Shown here one piece after another: positions 12,972-24,787 of a DNA stretch of 64,000 bases (its first letter is position 1; each line of letters starts with the position of its first letter). The translations under genes and the position numbers were made by a program. The stretch lies in the NCBI RefSeq assembly GCF_009914755.1, contig NC_060947.1; one strand, written 5' to 3'. Under the pieces are notes generated by a model that saw nothing but the letters and a program-made list of their open reading frames with translations, had not been told where the DNA came from and searched no databases. The DNA is from the human T2T-CHM13v2.0 reference genome, Homo sapiens.

Positions 12972-13869
12972 GCCTAAACCTAGTTTCTATAAGCAGTTTG
13001 CAAAATACCTTTGGGGGCAAGAGTTTAACTTTCGTTTAAAATATTTTCCAGTTGTAGTTGGATATATTCACAATTCTCATCTGCCAGAAAGAAAATATGA
13101 CCCAAACTTTTGTGTTGATGCTCAGAAAGCAAGCTAGGCCAACCCGTACTTCCCTAGCAACAATAATAATTCAGTATTAGTGATTTTCTGGAAAACCAGA
13201 GAGGCAGAATTTGTCTGTAACATGATGAAAGTTTCAGGGAGACTGGTTGTGAACACAGTTCCATGGAGAATTTTTATGTCTATTATAATCTAAAGGCAGA
13301 ACCATGAAGGTCTCTGTTTGTGGGTGATAGCTAGGCATAGACTGGGGGTGTCATAGATGGGATTTAAGCACGACATGGATGTTTGGAATAGACAGAAGAC
13401 CTTCAAGGACTTTTTCTTCCTAATATTCTATTTGCTCGTAGAATGCTAAAATCAGTCTAGAAATGCTAATGGAGTTTACATTTAGATTTTGAGCAAAAAG
13501 AGAATCTGATTGTAGATAGGATTGTCTTAACTTAGTGCTGCTGCGTTTTTACCCTGGAAAGATGTTGAATGAGATGGGCCTTGAAAAGCAGTCAACTTGG
13601 TCTCATGTAATCACTGTAGTATGTGGAAATAAAAACACACCTGGCTTGAAATGAGAAGCACACTGCCATTTACCAGTTAAAGAACAGGGCTCGACTAAGA
13701 ACTTTTCAGTTTCCAACATTCTAAATATTCTACTAAAAAGTGTCTAAATGCAATGAAGTTACCATGTACTGGAATGAAGGCAGCCCCTTGGCCTATTGGC
13801 ATGTCTTGGGTTACACCAAATCCACAATACAAGTCTGACAAATTCCTGTGTTCCAAGTCACTAGGCCAA

Positions 13870-13907
13870 AATGCCTGGAGTGACAGCCTGCTGTCACTCC
13901 AATGCCT
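13870..13907. repeat. Perfect inverted repeat flanked by a 7-bp direct repeat
   Basis: AATGCCT-GGAGTGACAGC-CT-GCTGTCACTCC-AATGCCT. Confidence 0.9.
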
Positions 13908-14129
13908 ACCATGAAAACTATACCTTATTTAACAGCTCGCAAAATAAAGTTCCACTTGTTTCCTGCTGTTGTCTCATGCAGCTGGGCTTAACTCACTGAC
14001 CAAAGTTTCTGGCACACATAGTAGGTGCACGATAACTATTTTTGACTAAAGTAATTCTTTAGCTTAGGTCTTACCTTTGTTGCTTCCTAGTGTGTGACCA
14101 CATCTCTAATGTTATTTAGCCTTGCACTC

Positions 14130-14500
14130 CTATGCATCTTTTAGTACTTCCTACGTGCTGGGCACTTTCCAGGTAATTATGACATGAAATCCTCACAAAA
14201 ACTCTTTGAGGTAGGCACTTTCATCATTCTCATTTGATAGATGAAGAAACTAAGGCAAAAAAGGGGCTTAATAATTTGTTTAATGTCACAAAACAGAGCT
14301 GGGATTTAAACCTAGGCAGTCTGGTTCAGAGTCTAGCTGAACCGATTCACTTCATTTTCTCTGCAGCTAAATCTGCCTACCTCTGAATCTGAGTCTCAGT
14401 GTCCTCACTCATAAAATGAAGGTTGATACTATCACCCCACAGAGTTGTTCTAAGAACACTAAACTGGCGTGCATTCTACAAATACTAATTGTTATTTTGT
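14130..14500. mobile_element. Two MIR fragments in opposite orientation
   Basis: CATTTGATAGATGAAGAAACTAAGGC...GGGATTTAAACCTAGGCAGTCTGG, then TCTCAGTGTCCTCACTCATAAAATG. Confidence 0.7.
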
Positions 14501-15424
14501 TTGTCACCATCATCATCATCCTCACCCATCAACGATTATTTGACTGAAATAAGTGAACAAGAAATCACCTGGAGGTTCTAATTTGAGCAGAATTACACTT
14601 TGCTCAGAAAGTCTGCTGGCCCAGTCCAGGATTTCCCTGGACAAAATTACTAGCTATATCAAAGCCCTTGTTATATTAAACGCTGAGGCAGCATGGCTAT
14701 TGTTGCCTAAGGCTTCTCTTTCCCCTACTCCATCTATATCTGGGCCTCAAAGTACCAGCTTGCCCAATTGTTTTTCAAACCCCTGAGAGATGAAGTTATG
14801 AGCAATACAAGCTGAGAACTGATCCAATGCTTATTGACACTTCAGCTCCTATAGGTGGTATTAATTCACCTATTTCCATGAGCTGTCCACTTCTACAGAA
14901 ATGAAAACATGTTATTTTCTTGGTCCATCAAGCCACATAATTCAATTCACTTCCAATTTCTCTAAAGATGAGGAGAGCTTCTCAGGCTCAGCATTCTCCT
15001 CTTGGATCCATCAGCATATCATTCGATAGGTGGTTTCTAGAATTACTGTTACTTCTAACGGCTCCTGAAAATCTTAGGCTTTTTAATAGTTCAGGTGAGA
15101 TAAGGCCAGGCAATTTTTCAAGATTGTAAGTAGTTTTTAAAATCTCTGCCTCTCTGAAAAAGCAATCTTTTAATAGCTTCTCTGTGCTTGCTTTCAAAGT
15201 GCAATAATCAGGACATCGAATTTCCACAGTAACCAATCTCAGAAAATCCCATGGCTGGCTGCCGACGACTCTGTTCAATCTCCCAGAGCCGTTACTACCT
15301 CCCTAGTTTCATGTTGAATACATGAAGCTTCAACTGACTATATAACTACTCTTCTACATTTATATTTATGTTTTATTGAAAACAAGATGTGGCAACAACA
15401 TATTTTCTGAAAATTATAAATATC

Positions 15425-16175
15425 ATTTTTAGGTAAAATTCACAGACCATATAATTCACCCTTTTAAAGTATACAATTCAGTGATTTTTTAAATATATTC
15501 ACAAGATTGTGCAACCATCACCTGTATCTAATTCCAGAACATTTTCATTACCCTAAGAAGAAACCTTATACCCATTAGCTGTCGCTCCACATCCCTCCCT
15601 ACCAGCCTCTGACAACAAGTAATCTTTTTGTCTCTATGGATTTGCCTATTCTAGACATTTCATATAAATAGAATTATACAATATGTGGACCTTTGTGACT
15701 AGCTTCTTTCACTTAGCATAATGTTTTCAAAATTCATCCAAGGCATAGCATTCATCAGTACTTCATTCCTTTTTATTGTTGAGTAATTTTTCATTAATCA
15801 CATTTTGTTTAACCATTCATCTATCCGTTGATGAATATTTAATTGTTTCTACCATTTGGCTATTATGAATACTGCTGCTATAACATTCATATACATGTTT
15901 TGGTGTGGACATACATCTTCATTTCTCTTAGGTATATACCCAGAAGTAGAATTGCTGAGCTCTGGAGTAACTGTTTTATTTTTGAGGAATTGCCAAACTG
16001 TTTCCCAAAGCTGCTGCGTCATGTTACATTCTCACCAGCAGTGTATGAGAGTTCCGATTTTTCTACATCTTGTCAACACTTGTTATTATCTATCTTTTTT
16101 TATTATGGCCATCTTAGTGGGTATAAATGATATCTCATTGTAGTTTTGATTCACGTTTCCCTAATAGCTAATGAA
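15425..16175 (-). mobile_element. L1MB-like 3' fragment
   Basis: AATTCACCCTTTTAAAGTATACAATTCAGTG...GTGCAACCATCAC...CATTCTCACCAGCAGTGTATGAGAGTTCC. Confidence 0.88.
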
Positions 16176-16902
16176 AACATCGTTCTTTACCAGATAACAC
16201 AACTAATTTCATTTTTTCACACATTACATTCCAAGGGTTTTTCTGCCATGTCGTAACATAGTTACAATCACAGTCTCACTCTCTTTATCTAAGTAATGGC
16301 TCAGAGAGGATGCAGTAAATTTTAGAACAAGATGTCACGCCCCAAAGGCAAGCCTCTGGGAATCTGGGAGAACTGCTATCTGCATGCAGACTCCCTCAGT
16401 CATTGACTAGATTTTGATATGAAACACACTTTCTCTTTTTCAAGCACCAGATTGGAAGAATGTGAATCTCACTATGAAAACATGAGCTTCTGTTTCTGCA
16501 AATCCTGAATGTGTCATGACATGTACCAGAGTCAAGCTCATTTATTTGGAGGCACCTGGCTGAGCCATAAAGTACAAATGGAGCCTTCTCAGGTAGATAT
16601 GGGACCAAGTTATCAAAAGTAAAGTGAGAAGGAGAGGAAACAAAATCTATGTGGGGAATCTTTACATTAAATGGTAAAATCCATATCATTAAGCCCAAAG
16701 TCCAGCGAGACTTATTCTTCACCATCTTCCCAATCCCATAATCCATTCTAGTTGGATTTCTCTAAATTCTTGAAGCATGCTATGTTCCCTCTTAAATACA
16801 CGCCATTCCTTCTCGCAGGAGCTCTGTGCCCTTTCTTTTTGTTTGGCAAATGCCTCCTCATCCAATGATTTCAGCTGAGACATCCCAGACCTGTTTATGC
16901 CT

Positions 16903-17416
16903 TGTATCAGTTTCCTATCGCTGCTCGAAATTACCACAAATTTTGTAGCATAAAACAACTGACATATTCTCTTACAGTCCTCAAGGTCAGAAGTCTCACT
17001 GAGCTAGGATCAAGATGTCAGTAGAGCTATATTCCTCCTGAAGGTTCTAAGAATCCATTTCTTTGCCTTTTCCAGCTTCTAGGGGCTGCTACAGCCAAGG
17101 GCTGTGGCTGCTTCCTCCATCTTCAAAGCCAGAAGTGTAGCATCTTCAAAATCTCTCTCATTGCCCTATCCCTCCCTCCTTTCCGCTCTCCCTCTTTCTC
17201 TCTCTCTGCCTACTTTCATCCTCATATCTCCTTATCTGACTCTGACCTTCCTGCCTCCCTCTTATAAGGATCCTTGTGATGACATTGGCCCCACCCAGAC
17301 AATCCACGATAATCTCGCATCTGCAAAATCCTCTTTTGCCATGTAAAGTGGCATATTCACAGGTTCTAGATATTAGGACATGAACATCTTTGGGGGACAT
17401 TGTTCTGTCTACCACA
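16903..17416 (-). mobile_element. MaLR LTR (MLT1C/D-like)
   Basis: TGTATCAGTTTCCTATCGCTGC...TTATAAGGATCCTTGTGATGACATTGG...CTGTCTACCACA termini. Confidence 0.85.
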
Positions 17417-17619
17417 GTCCTCTCGTCAAAATGCAATTAACACTCTGAAAAAACTATAGAGATTAATTGATTTGAAGTTACTGCTTTCATAAACTGGAAG
17501 CACCTTGCAGAGCCATACCTATTTGCTCCACCTACATTCCTAGTGTCCATTGCATAGCTGGCATGCGATAAATATTTGATGACTATCTGTGTGAGTGGCC
17601 AGCTTGGCTTTGCTGGACT

Positions 17620-18610
17620 AGAGTTCCTGGGAGAAGGCAGGCTGAGATGATGTTGTAAAAGGCATTGAAATGACTAGCTAAGTAGTTTGGATTTTATTCT
17701 GTACACTCTGAGACCCATCAAAGGTTTTCAATCAGGGGTTAACATGATTACAATTGCATCTTTTGAGGATAAGTCCAAGATGGCAACAAGGAGAAACTGA
17801 AGGCAGGGTGACCAAGAAGGGGGTCACAGCAAATGAGAACCCAAACTAGGCAGTGACATTGTGAATGAACAGCTGGAGAGAGATGTAAGAACTCAGACAC
17901 ACTCCACTTCAAATCCTTTCTAGAGTGGAGCAAATGGGAAGTACACACTGCAGCGTTCGAAAACTTATGGAAGAATAAAGGAGGAAACAAAAAAGGGAGG
18001 AGTAAAGGCATTCTGGCCTGGTAAACCTAGGCAAGCAGAAGAAGAGCGATACCAACCAAAATAAGGAATACATAAAATGAAACATGTTCAGAGGAAATGG
18101 GAGGTGATTTGTTCTGTTTCAAACATGTAGAATTTGAGTCCATTGGGCATCCATGAGCAGATATCTAGGAAGAAATCAGAAAATATATATTGGGAGCTCA
18201 ACTACAAGATTCCAGGTAGGCACAGAGTGAGGAGTCTCCCCCAGAGGGATGATGGTTGAAGTCACAAAAGTGAATGAGACAATAGGAGGGACAATGACCT
18301 GAAGGAAAAACACAGAACTGTAGGGTTGGCCAAGACAATCCCAGAGTCAGAGGAGTGGGAAGAAAGGTAAGGAGGAAACCAAGATTCTCTGTGTGTGATG
18401 GGGATAGGAGGAGCAGGGAGGGGACGTGGTACTCTCAGTTTTGCCCAGAAGTCTAGCCAAAGGAGTCTAAGAAGATTCTTGGAACTTAGGGAACTTTGAG
18501 AGAATAGTTTCAGTACGTAATCAGGATAAAAACTGATTGCCAAGGTTTAAGGTGCTCACCAGAGAATAAAAGCAGTCGTGGTCACTTACTTTTTCCAGAA
18601 GCTTGGCAGT
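17620..18610 (-). mobile_element. L2 fragment
   Basis: Degenerate L2 motifs (TTTGGATTTTATTCT, TGAAGTCAC...GAATGAGA), purine-rich on the + strand. Confidence 0.55.
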
Positions 18611-19341
18611 TTATATAGAGAGTCAAGAAGGATTTCAGGGTGGTTCTGCCCTTGGCTCTTTGCCTGAGTTTGAGTGGCTTAAGCTTTACAGTCCCTCTCT
18701 TCAACTGTAAAATAAGCAATTTGGAGCTAGATGCTACCCAAGGTTCTTTCTGAGTCTAAACTTTGCTCTTCCCAACCCTCAAATCTCAAAATGTTGGTGA
18801 AAACTCAATTCTAAGTCATCTGAGAAGCTATCTTCACAGTATTCTCCATTAAAATTAAAAATTGCCTTCAGAAGGAATTCTAGCAGAGAGATAGCCTGAG
18901 AGAGAGTGTATGTGTGAAAGTTGAATAACTCTTTTTCCTAACTTAAAAAAACCTTAAGGCATTATACTGATTTCAGACAAAAATCCTTGTAAAACACTTT
19001 TTGTCAATTTCTTTTTGAAGCTGTCTTATTCTAATTACTTTCTCTTTGGTGACATGAATGAGCCTCTATTTTTAAACACAATATTTTTCTCTGCTGCATT
19101 TTAAAATTTAATTCCAGTTTCCATCATTATATATTTACCATTCACTTCTTCCCTATAGATATATTTAGAAATCCCTTATTTTTTTTCATATGCTCAATAC
19201 CCATAGAAAGTCATTTTTTTGAATTTCAAAGCCTTGGTTGACATATACTAGATAAGAAGAGGAAAATGACAAAGAGTAAAGCCACAAGCATGAGAGAAAA
19301 TGGTACTGAAAAGCAAAACCTGGAATTCAGTTTCTTGTATA

Positions 19342-19560
19342 CAGGGCGTCTCAACCTCAGCACTATTGACATTTTATGTAAGATAAGTATTTGTTTGTGG
19401 GGGCTGTTGTGTGTGTTGTGGGATGTTTACCAGTACCTTTGGCCTATACCCACTAGACGCCAGTAGCACACTCCTGCCCCAGTTCTGGCAATCAAAAATG
19501 CTGCCAGGCATTGCCAAAAGTACACTGTGGTACAAACTTTCTCCTGGTTGAGAACCACTG
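19342..19560 (-). mobile_element. MER20 (hAT-Charlie DNA transposon)
   Basis: CAGGGCGTCTCAACCTCAGCACTATTGACATTT...CCCACTAGACGCCAGTAGC...GGTTGAGAACCACTG. Confidence 0.88.
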
Positions 19561-19907
19561 GTCTTTATGATGATCTCTCTAAAACCCCCAGAGTACAGGG
19601 GCCAGATTTTAAGAATTCAAAGATGAGTAACAGTTCTGCTTTCAAGGAGTTCAACAGAGCAAGAAAAACTTTACTAAAACAGAGAAGTGGGAAATATAAA
19701 AGTATTATGTTTATATGCCAACTCCCAGTTATTTATAGGATGCATGCTTGGCATGATTTCCCCATGCCCACCTCCTCTGAGGATCTGTCCTCCACTTGTT
19801 TTATGCTTCTAACCCATGCTCCCCCAGACACCAGTTTACCTCTAAAACACATCTGATCATGTTACACCTCATGCTTAAAAATCACCAATTTCTCCCACTC
19901 TCTACAG

Positions 19908-20565
19908 CAGAGTTTCTCAGTCTCCACACTCCTAACATTGACTGCCAGATGATTATTCCTTGTGGGGCTGTGCACTGCAGGGTATTTAAAAGAAGCATCC
20001 CTGGCCTCCCACTAGATGCCGGTAGGAACTCCCCTGTGGTAGACAGAATAATATACCACCAAAAATGCCCACGCCCCAATCCCTAAAACATGTGAATACC
20101 TCATAGCAAAGGGAACTTAAGGTTTCAGGTGGAATTAAAAGTCACTAATCAGCTGACATTAAAATAATGAGATTATCCTGGATTATCCAGGTGAGCCCAA
20201 TGTAATCACAAGAGTCCCGAAAAGAGCGAGAGAGAGAAATGACCACACAAGAAGAGTGGATGAGATGCAACTTGGCTGGCTTTGAAAATGAAGGAAGGGG
20301 GCCACTGGAAAAGGAACCACAACAGATCCTAGAGCCTTCAGAAGGAACACAGTCAGGCCAACACCTTGAAGTTAGCCCAGTGAAACCTGTTGGGATTTCT
20401 GAGGTCCAGAACTGTAAGACAATAAATTTGTGTTGCTTGAAGCCACTAAGTTTGTGGTCATTACAGCAGTGATAGGAAATTAATACACCACCACTTCCAG
20501 TTGTGTCTTCAGACACTGCCAAATGTCCCCTGGGGACAAAGTCACCTCCAGGTTAAGAATCACTG
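19908..20565 (-). mobile_element. MER20 split by an MLT1 insertion
   Basis: CAGAGTTTCTCAG...CCCACTAGATGCC | ...GACACTGCCAAATGTCCCCTGGGG...GGTTAAGAATCACTG; 8-bp TSD CTCTACAG/CTCTACAC. Confidence 0.82.
20035..20487 (+). mobile_element. MaLR LTR (MLT1D-like) nested in MER20
   Basis: TGTGGTAGACAGAATAAT...GAGATTATCCTGGATTATCCAGGTG...AGCCACTAAGTTTGTGG...GGAAATTAATACA. Confidence 0.88.
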
Positions 20566-20818
20566 CTCTACACAAGTCCAAACTCCTGAGATGAGCACAG
20601 TGAGACGCTTCGTAATTACCACTATCCTACCTGTTGAACACTATTATCCTGCACACAGCAAGATACATCCTCTTCTCCAGGCACCCCAAACTTCACTTGG
20701 GCAACACTCAATATGCCTTCACTCTCTGCAGTTGTGATGCCCAGGGGCTCCTTGGAGAGTAATGTGCTTTGACCAGTCTCTCATTTTTGTTCATACCCAT
20801 AATTATCCCCCCAGTAGA

Positions 20819-21069
20819 GGCTGGGTGTGGTGGCTCATGCCTGTAATCCTAGCACTTTGGGAGGGTGAGGCAGGCAGATGGCTTGAGGCCAGGAGTTCAA
20901 GACCAGCCTGGCCAACATAGTGAAACCCAGTCTCTACTGGTGCATGCCTGTAGTCGCAGCTACTGGGGAGGCTGAGGCAGGAGAATCGCTTGAACATGGG
21001 AGGTTGCATTGAGCTGAGATCGTGCCACCGCACTCTAGCCTGGGCAACAGGGTGAGACTCTCTCTCTCT

Positions 21070-21122
<53 letters not shown>
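20819..21122 (+). mobile_element. Alu (S/J-like) lacking the central A-linker, with a 52-nt pure A tail
   Basis: GGCTGGGTGTGGTGGCTCATGCCTGTAATCC...; CAGTCTCTAC joins directly to TGGTGCATGCC; A-run 21071-21122. Confidence 0.95.
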
Positions 21123-21124
<2 letters not shown>

Positions 21125-22360
21125 CAACAGGTCTGATTTCTGACTTTATTCGGTCAGGCTTTTATTACATGAAAAGCCATGTGGTTGTACGTGTATCAAA
21201 CTGCAGGTGCCCTAACCTGCTCCTCCAAACAAATTATTGCGCTTAGGGCCCTCTAAGTCTTCTTTTTTGGGAGCTGTAGAATCACCAACACCTCTGCGCC
21301 TTTGCCTGTCCACTCTTTTCTGCCTCATGAAGGCATCACTTTCCTTCTTCTCCTTAGAAATGGCAGTCATCTTTGAAGATCAAGTTTAAATGTTCTCTGG
21401 ACAGTGAAGCCTTTCAAGGCCCCCCAAAGCACAGTGAATCATCACCCGCCCCTCTCTGTTCCCTCATTCTGCTGATCTTCTGTATTCCCCCTATCAGTTA
21501 ACTCACCTGTCCCCTCATTAGACTATGAGCTCTTTAGCCTCTCTGCATTCCTAGTACCTACAGAAATGCGTATGCTCAAGAAATGCTTGTGCCATGAATG
21601 AAGAAAAGTATAGACGCCAGTGATATATAGAAATCATTTTAATTATGGGTTGCAAAAGTTGGCAAACTCCAGGTTAGCTATGGACATAATCCCAGCTCTG
21701 ATCCACAAGAATTAGGAGAAGCTCAGGATTGAAATGAGACTTTATTCCTTTGCCTGTGATCAGAGTCAGGGGCAGAGCTTGGCTGCTAAGAACACAAGTT
21801 GAGAAACACGTTCCAACTGTGTTACCACGTACCATTTACCCTTTGTCTCCTCCATGTTTCTACTCAATAGATGATCTACCCAGCATGTCCAGGAATCAGA
21901 TTTTGTTAAAGCAATCCTGAAACACGTAGTGAGGAAATGCTAACAAGATCGTAGCTGACTTTGCCTAACACTTCCCAGGTTTAGGCCATAAAATGGTCAT
22001 TTGTAAGCTTTGAACGAGCACAAGTAACAAAGCTGCAGGCATTTGTGAGAGTCTTGGGAGCAGGGGCTGTTGTATGGACAATTTACGTTAAAAGCAGACA
22101 AGATTCTGAAAGAACAAAGTGGGAAATGGATGAGATCCATCAATGGCTAAACCTGAAGGTGAATTCTTAGGATTTCATATGGATTCAATGGAAGAGAAAT
22201 AGAAAATTTGAACAGACTGTAAGGGGTACATGACTCCAGAGGGATCCTCGTGGTTTTGGAATCAAACGAAGGCGCCAACAAAGTTTAGGCCAGCTGTAAA
22301 CACTTCTGTGGGCACTCTCTTGATGGCCAGCATGGGGTACTATGGGCAACCTCACTAACG

Positions 22361-22575
22361 CAGCAGTTCTCAGTTAGGGCGATTTTGATCCCCAGAGGAT
22401 ATTCAGCAGTGTCTAGAGACATTGTTTGTTGTCACACTGGTCTGGAGGAGTGCTACTCGCATCTAGTGGGAAGAGGCCAGGGGTGCTGCTAAATACCCCG
22501 CAATACCCAGGACAGCTCTGTAGCAAAGAATCATTCAGCTTCAAATGTCAATAGTGCCAAGGCTGAGAAACCCTG
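22361..22575 (+). mobile_element. MER20
   Basis: CAGCAGTTCTCAG...GCATCTAGTGGGAAGAGGCCAGGG...AAATGTCAATAGTGCCAAGGCTGAGAAACCCTG. Confidence 0.88.
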
Positions 22576-22951
22576 AGCCAGAGCAACCAGAAAAGTTCAA
22601 GAACCAAATCTATATGAACCAGATATTCCCTCCAGGGCCTCTAAGCAGCCTTGCAAGATGCTCATTGGCTGACATTTTGATGTCATTAGTAAAGACTCTC
22701 CTTTAAGGACCAAAGACTCAGCTTGCCTGCAAGTGAAAAGGACAGGCAGTGCCCAATAGGATACATTTTCTTGGTTTTTCAGAGGGTTCCAGGGCGTTAA
22801 ACCTTTGAAAGGTAATCCAGGCCATTAAATTAGAGATCCAAGGGTTATGTTAGGATATCTTGGCCTTTATTAAACAAAACCAGGGTTGGAGCTACATGCT
22901 AGAGTTCTATCCAATCACTCCATGCCTGCCTCAAGCATAAAGGAATTTCCA

Positions 22952-22976
22952 ACACACACACACACACATACACACA
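22952..22976. repeat. (CA)n microsatellite, interrupted
   Basis: ACACACACACACACACATACACACA. Confidence 0.85.
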
Positions 22977-24778
22977 TATTCTATGAGAAAATTCTGGCTT
23001 TTTGCTAGATGGCTACATCCTTAGTTTTAACCACCATGAAAAGGTAAAAATCATGGTAGATGAGTTTTGTGCAGACTGCCCACTGTATGGAATAGAAGCC
23101 ACCCAGTATCACTGCAGTTCAGATCCTTGTCCATTAATTATGAGATGCTAATGGATAAGAAGATAATTTGCAACAAGTGAAATCATCTACAGCCACATGC
23201 CTTTTGGTCATAACAGTAATGAGCAGCATCTGTATACTATATTCCAAGTATGTATATGGTTGCTAAGAAAAGCAGAAATGTTCTTAATGATGCAATTAGT
23301 TTTAAGCACGAATGTTAGCTAGCTAATCCAAAATGCTGGCTTGCTTTTGTATTTCTCTTTCTCTCAACTTGTACAGATTAATCTGATAATGTGTGCTTCT
23401 GAAATACAATGAGAATCCAGCCCCTCCTAAAGACCAAGAGAAATTCAACATTTCAATTTTTGATGCTCTTTCTAATCTTGAGTTCCCTGGTTTGGAGGTA
23501 ACATCTTGCCCTCTGCCTCGACTTTCCTTTCTACTGCCTATCTTTCTCAAGAAAATGGGCAAAAGACCTAGCAAAATTTGTTAGTTTTTTGTAATCTGCA
23601 CCCCCAACACCTAACAGCCTCAGTTACTTTGACACAGTAACTAACATTAATAATATGTGATGCTAATAATTCTGATAAATGATGCTTATTTTTCTAAGGC
23701 GGTTTACTAAAGCCAAAGTCTAACAGTTATCTCACATTAACACAGCTGAGTATGATCTCAGATGCTATTTTCAAACGGTTTTCCTTGGTTGTGTATTTAG
23801 CCTAAATCTCCAGCAATTACATGGTATTTCATTTCATTTCTGTAATGCTAACTGTACTTTAAAATATTAAATTACAACTGATGGAATCTCCCTTCCCTTA
23901 TGGAAACAGATCCAAGGCAAACCTATAGAGTTTGTGGACCGAAGGGGATAGGGGCTGTTCATTTTTAAAACAATTACTATTCTCTGAAAGTGTGTTATTT
24001 TCAAAGCGCCCATCAGTGACAGTTTCCCAATAGGTCAATTCACTATTTTTCTTAACTGGACAGCAAATATTTTAAGGGTATCTGATAGCTCCCTCTGAGT
24101 CCCCTATGTATTGTTGATTCTTCACTAAACTACTAATTGTTCTAAATGGAATTTAGGCATCAGCATATTTCCATGATCTTTCACACCCCTACACAGAGAT
24201 TTTCTTCTTCTCCTAGGTTAAACTAATACTCAGTACCATAGATTTCTGAAATTGCCCCTTCAGGGAAAGAAAAGGTGAAAACTAGAGAATTCTTGTCCCC
24301 CCTGCCACCCAAACACACACACACACTCACTCATACAGTCAATGACACCCTCCAAAATAATGTTTCTGAATTCTCTACAGAACAAGATGGCAGACATATT
24401 TCAAAATATATTTCATCCAATCGTTACAAACAGCTTAGCAATAGATATTTGAGTTGGAAAAAATATCAACATTGGGTGAAGGGATAAGGTGACCCTTTGA
24501 AATTGCCTGCAGCACTAACAGAAAACCAGAACACCATCTCTTTCTCCAGCTCCCACGACTGCTCCAAAGTAGAGCCAACAAGTCCTACAAGACGCACAAG
24601 CGGGTGGCCACTAGGGACATCCCATTTCCAGGCACCATTTAGCAAGTAGAAGAGGAAAACCCACACCACGGAAACCCCTTAGTGGGTGCCTTGCTCTGTA
24701 AATGTAATGGAATTAAAGGCGGTCTCCTGAAACTGCCTGGGGGCCTCCTCCTTGGGCCGTGGGACGCGCAGCGCTGGT

Positions 24779-24787
24779 CCCTACCTC
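24779..24787 (-). other. ARHGAP6: 5' splice donor of ARHGAP6 exon 1 (GAG|GTAGGG), phase 0
   Basis: Plus-strand CCCTACCTC; the recognised protein ends ..YVVWKSE at this point. Confidence 0.88.

Larger units (their letters stand above)
1..24784 (-). other. ARHGAP6: ARHGAP6 intron 1 (5' part)
   Basis: Follows the GT donor at 24784-24783 on the minus strand; no downstream ARHGAP6 coding exon recognised; this intron is known to be very large. Confidence 0.85.

Noticed and set aside
2950-16143. ORFs with L1 ORF2-like peptides (2950, 5034, 11841, 12143, 15843)
   Set aside because: Dead, truncated L1 fragments or their antisense frames; no intact reverse transcriptase or endonuclease.
1-24784. Nested AMELX gene, known to lie in ARHGAP6 intron 1
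   Set aside because: No amelogenin-like coding sequence in this window; it lies further into the intron.
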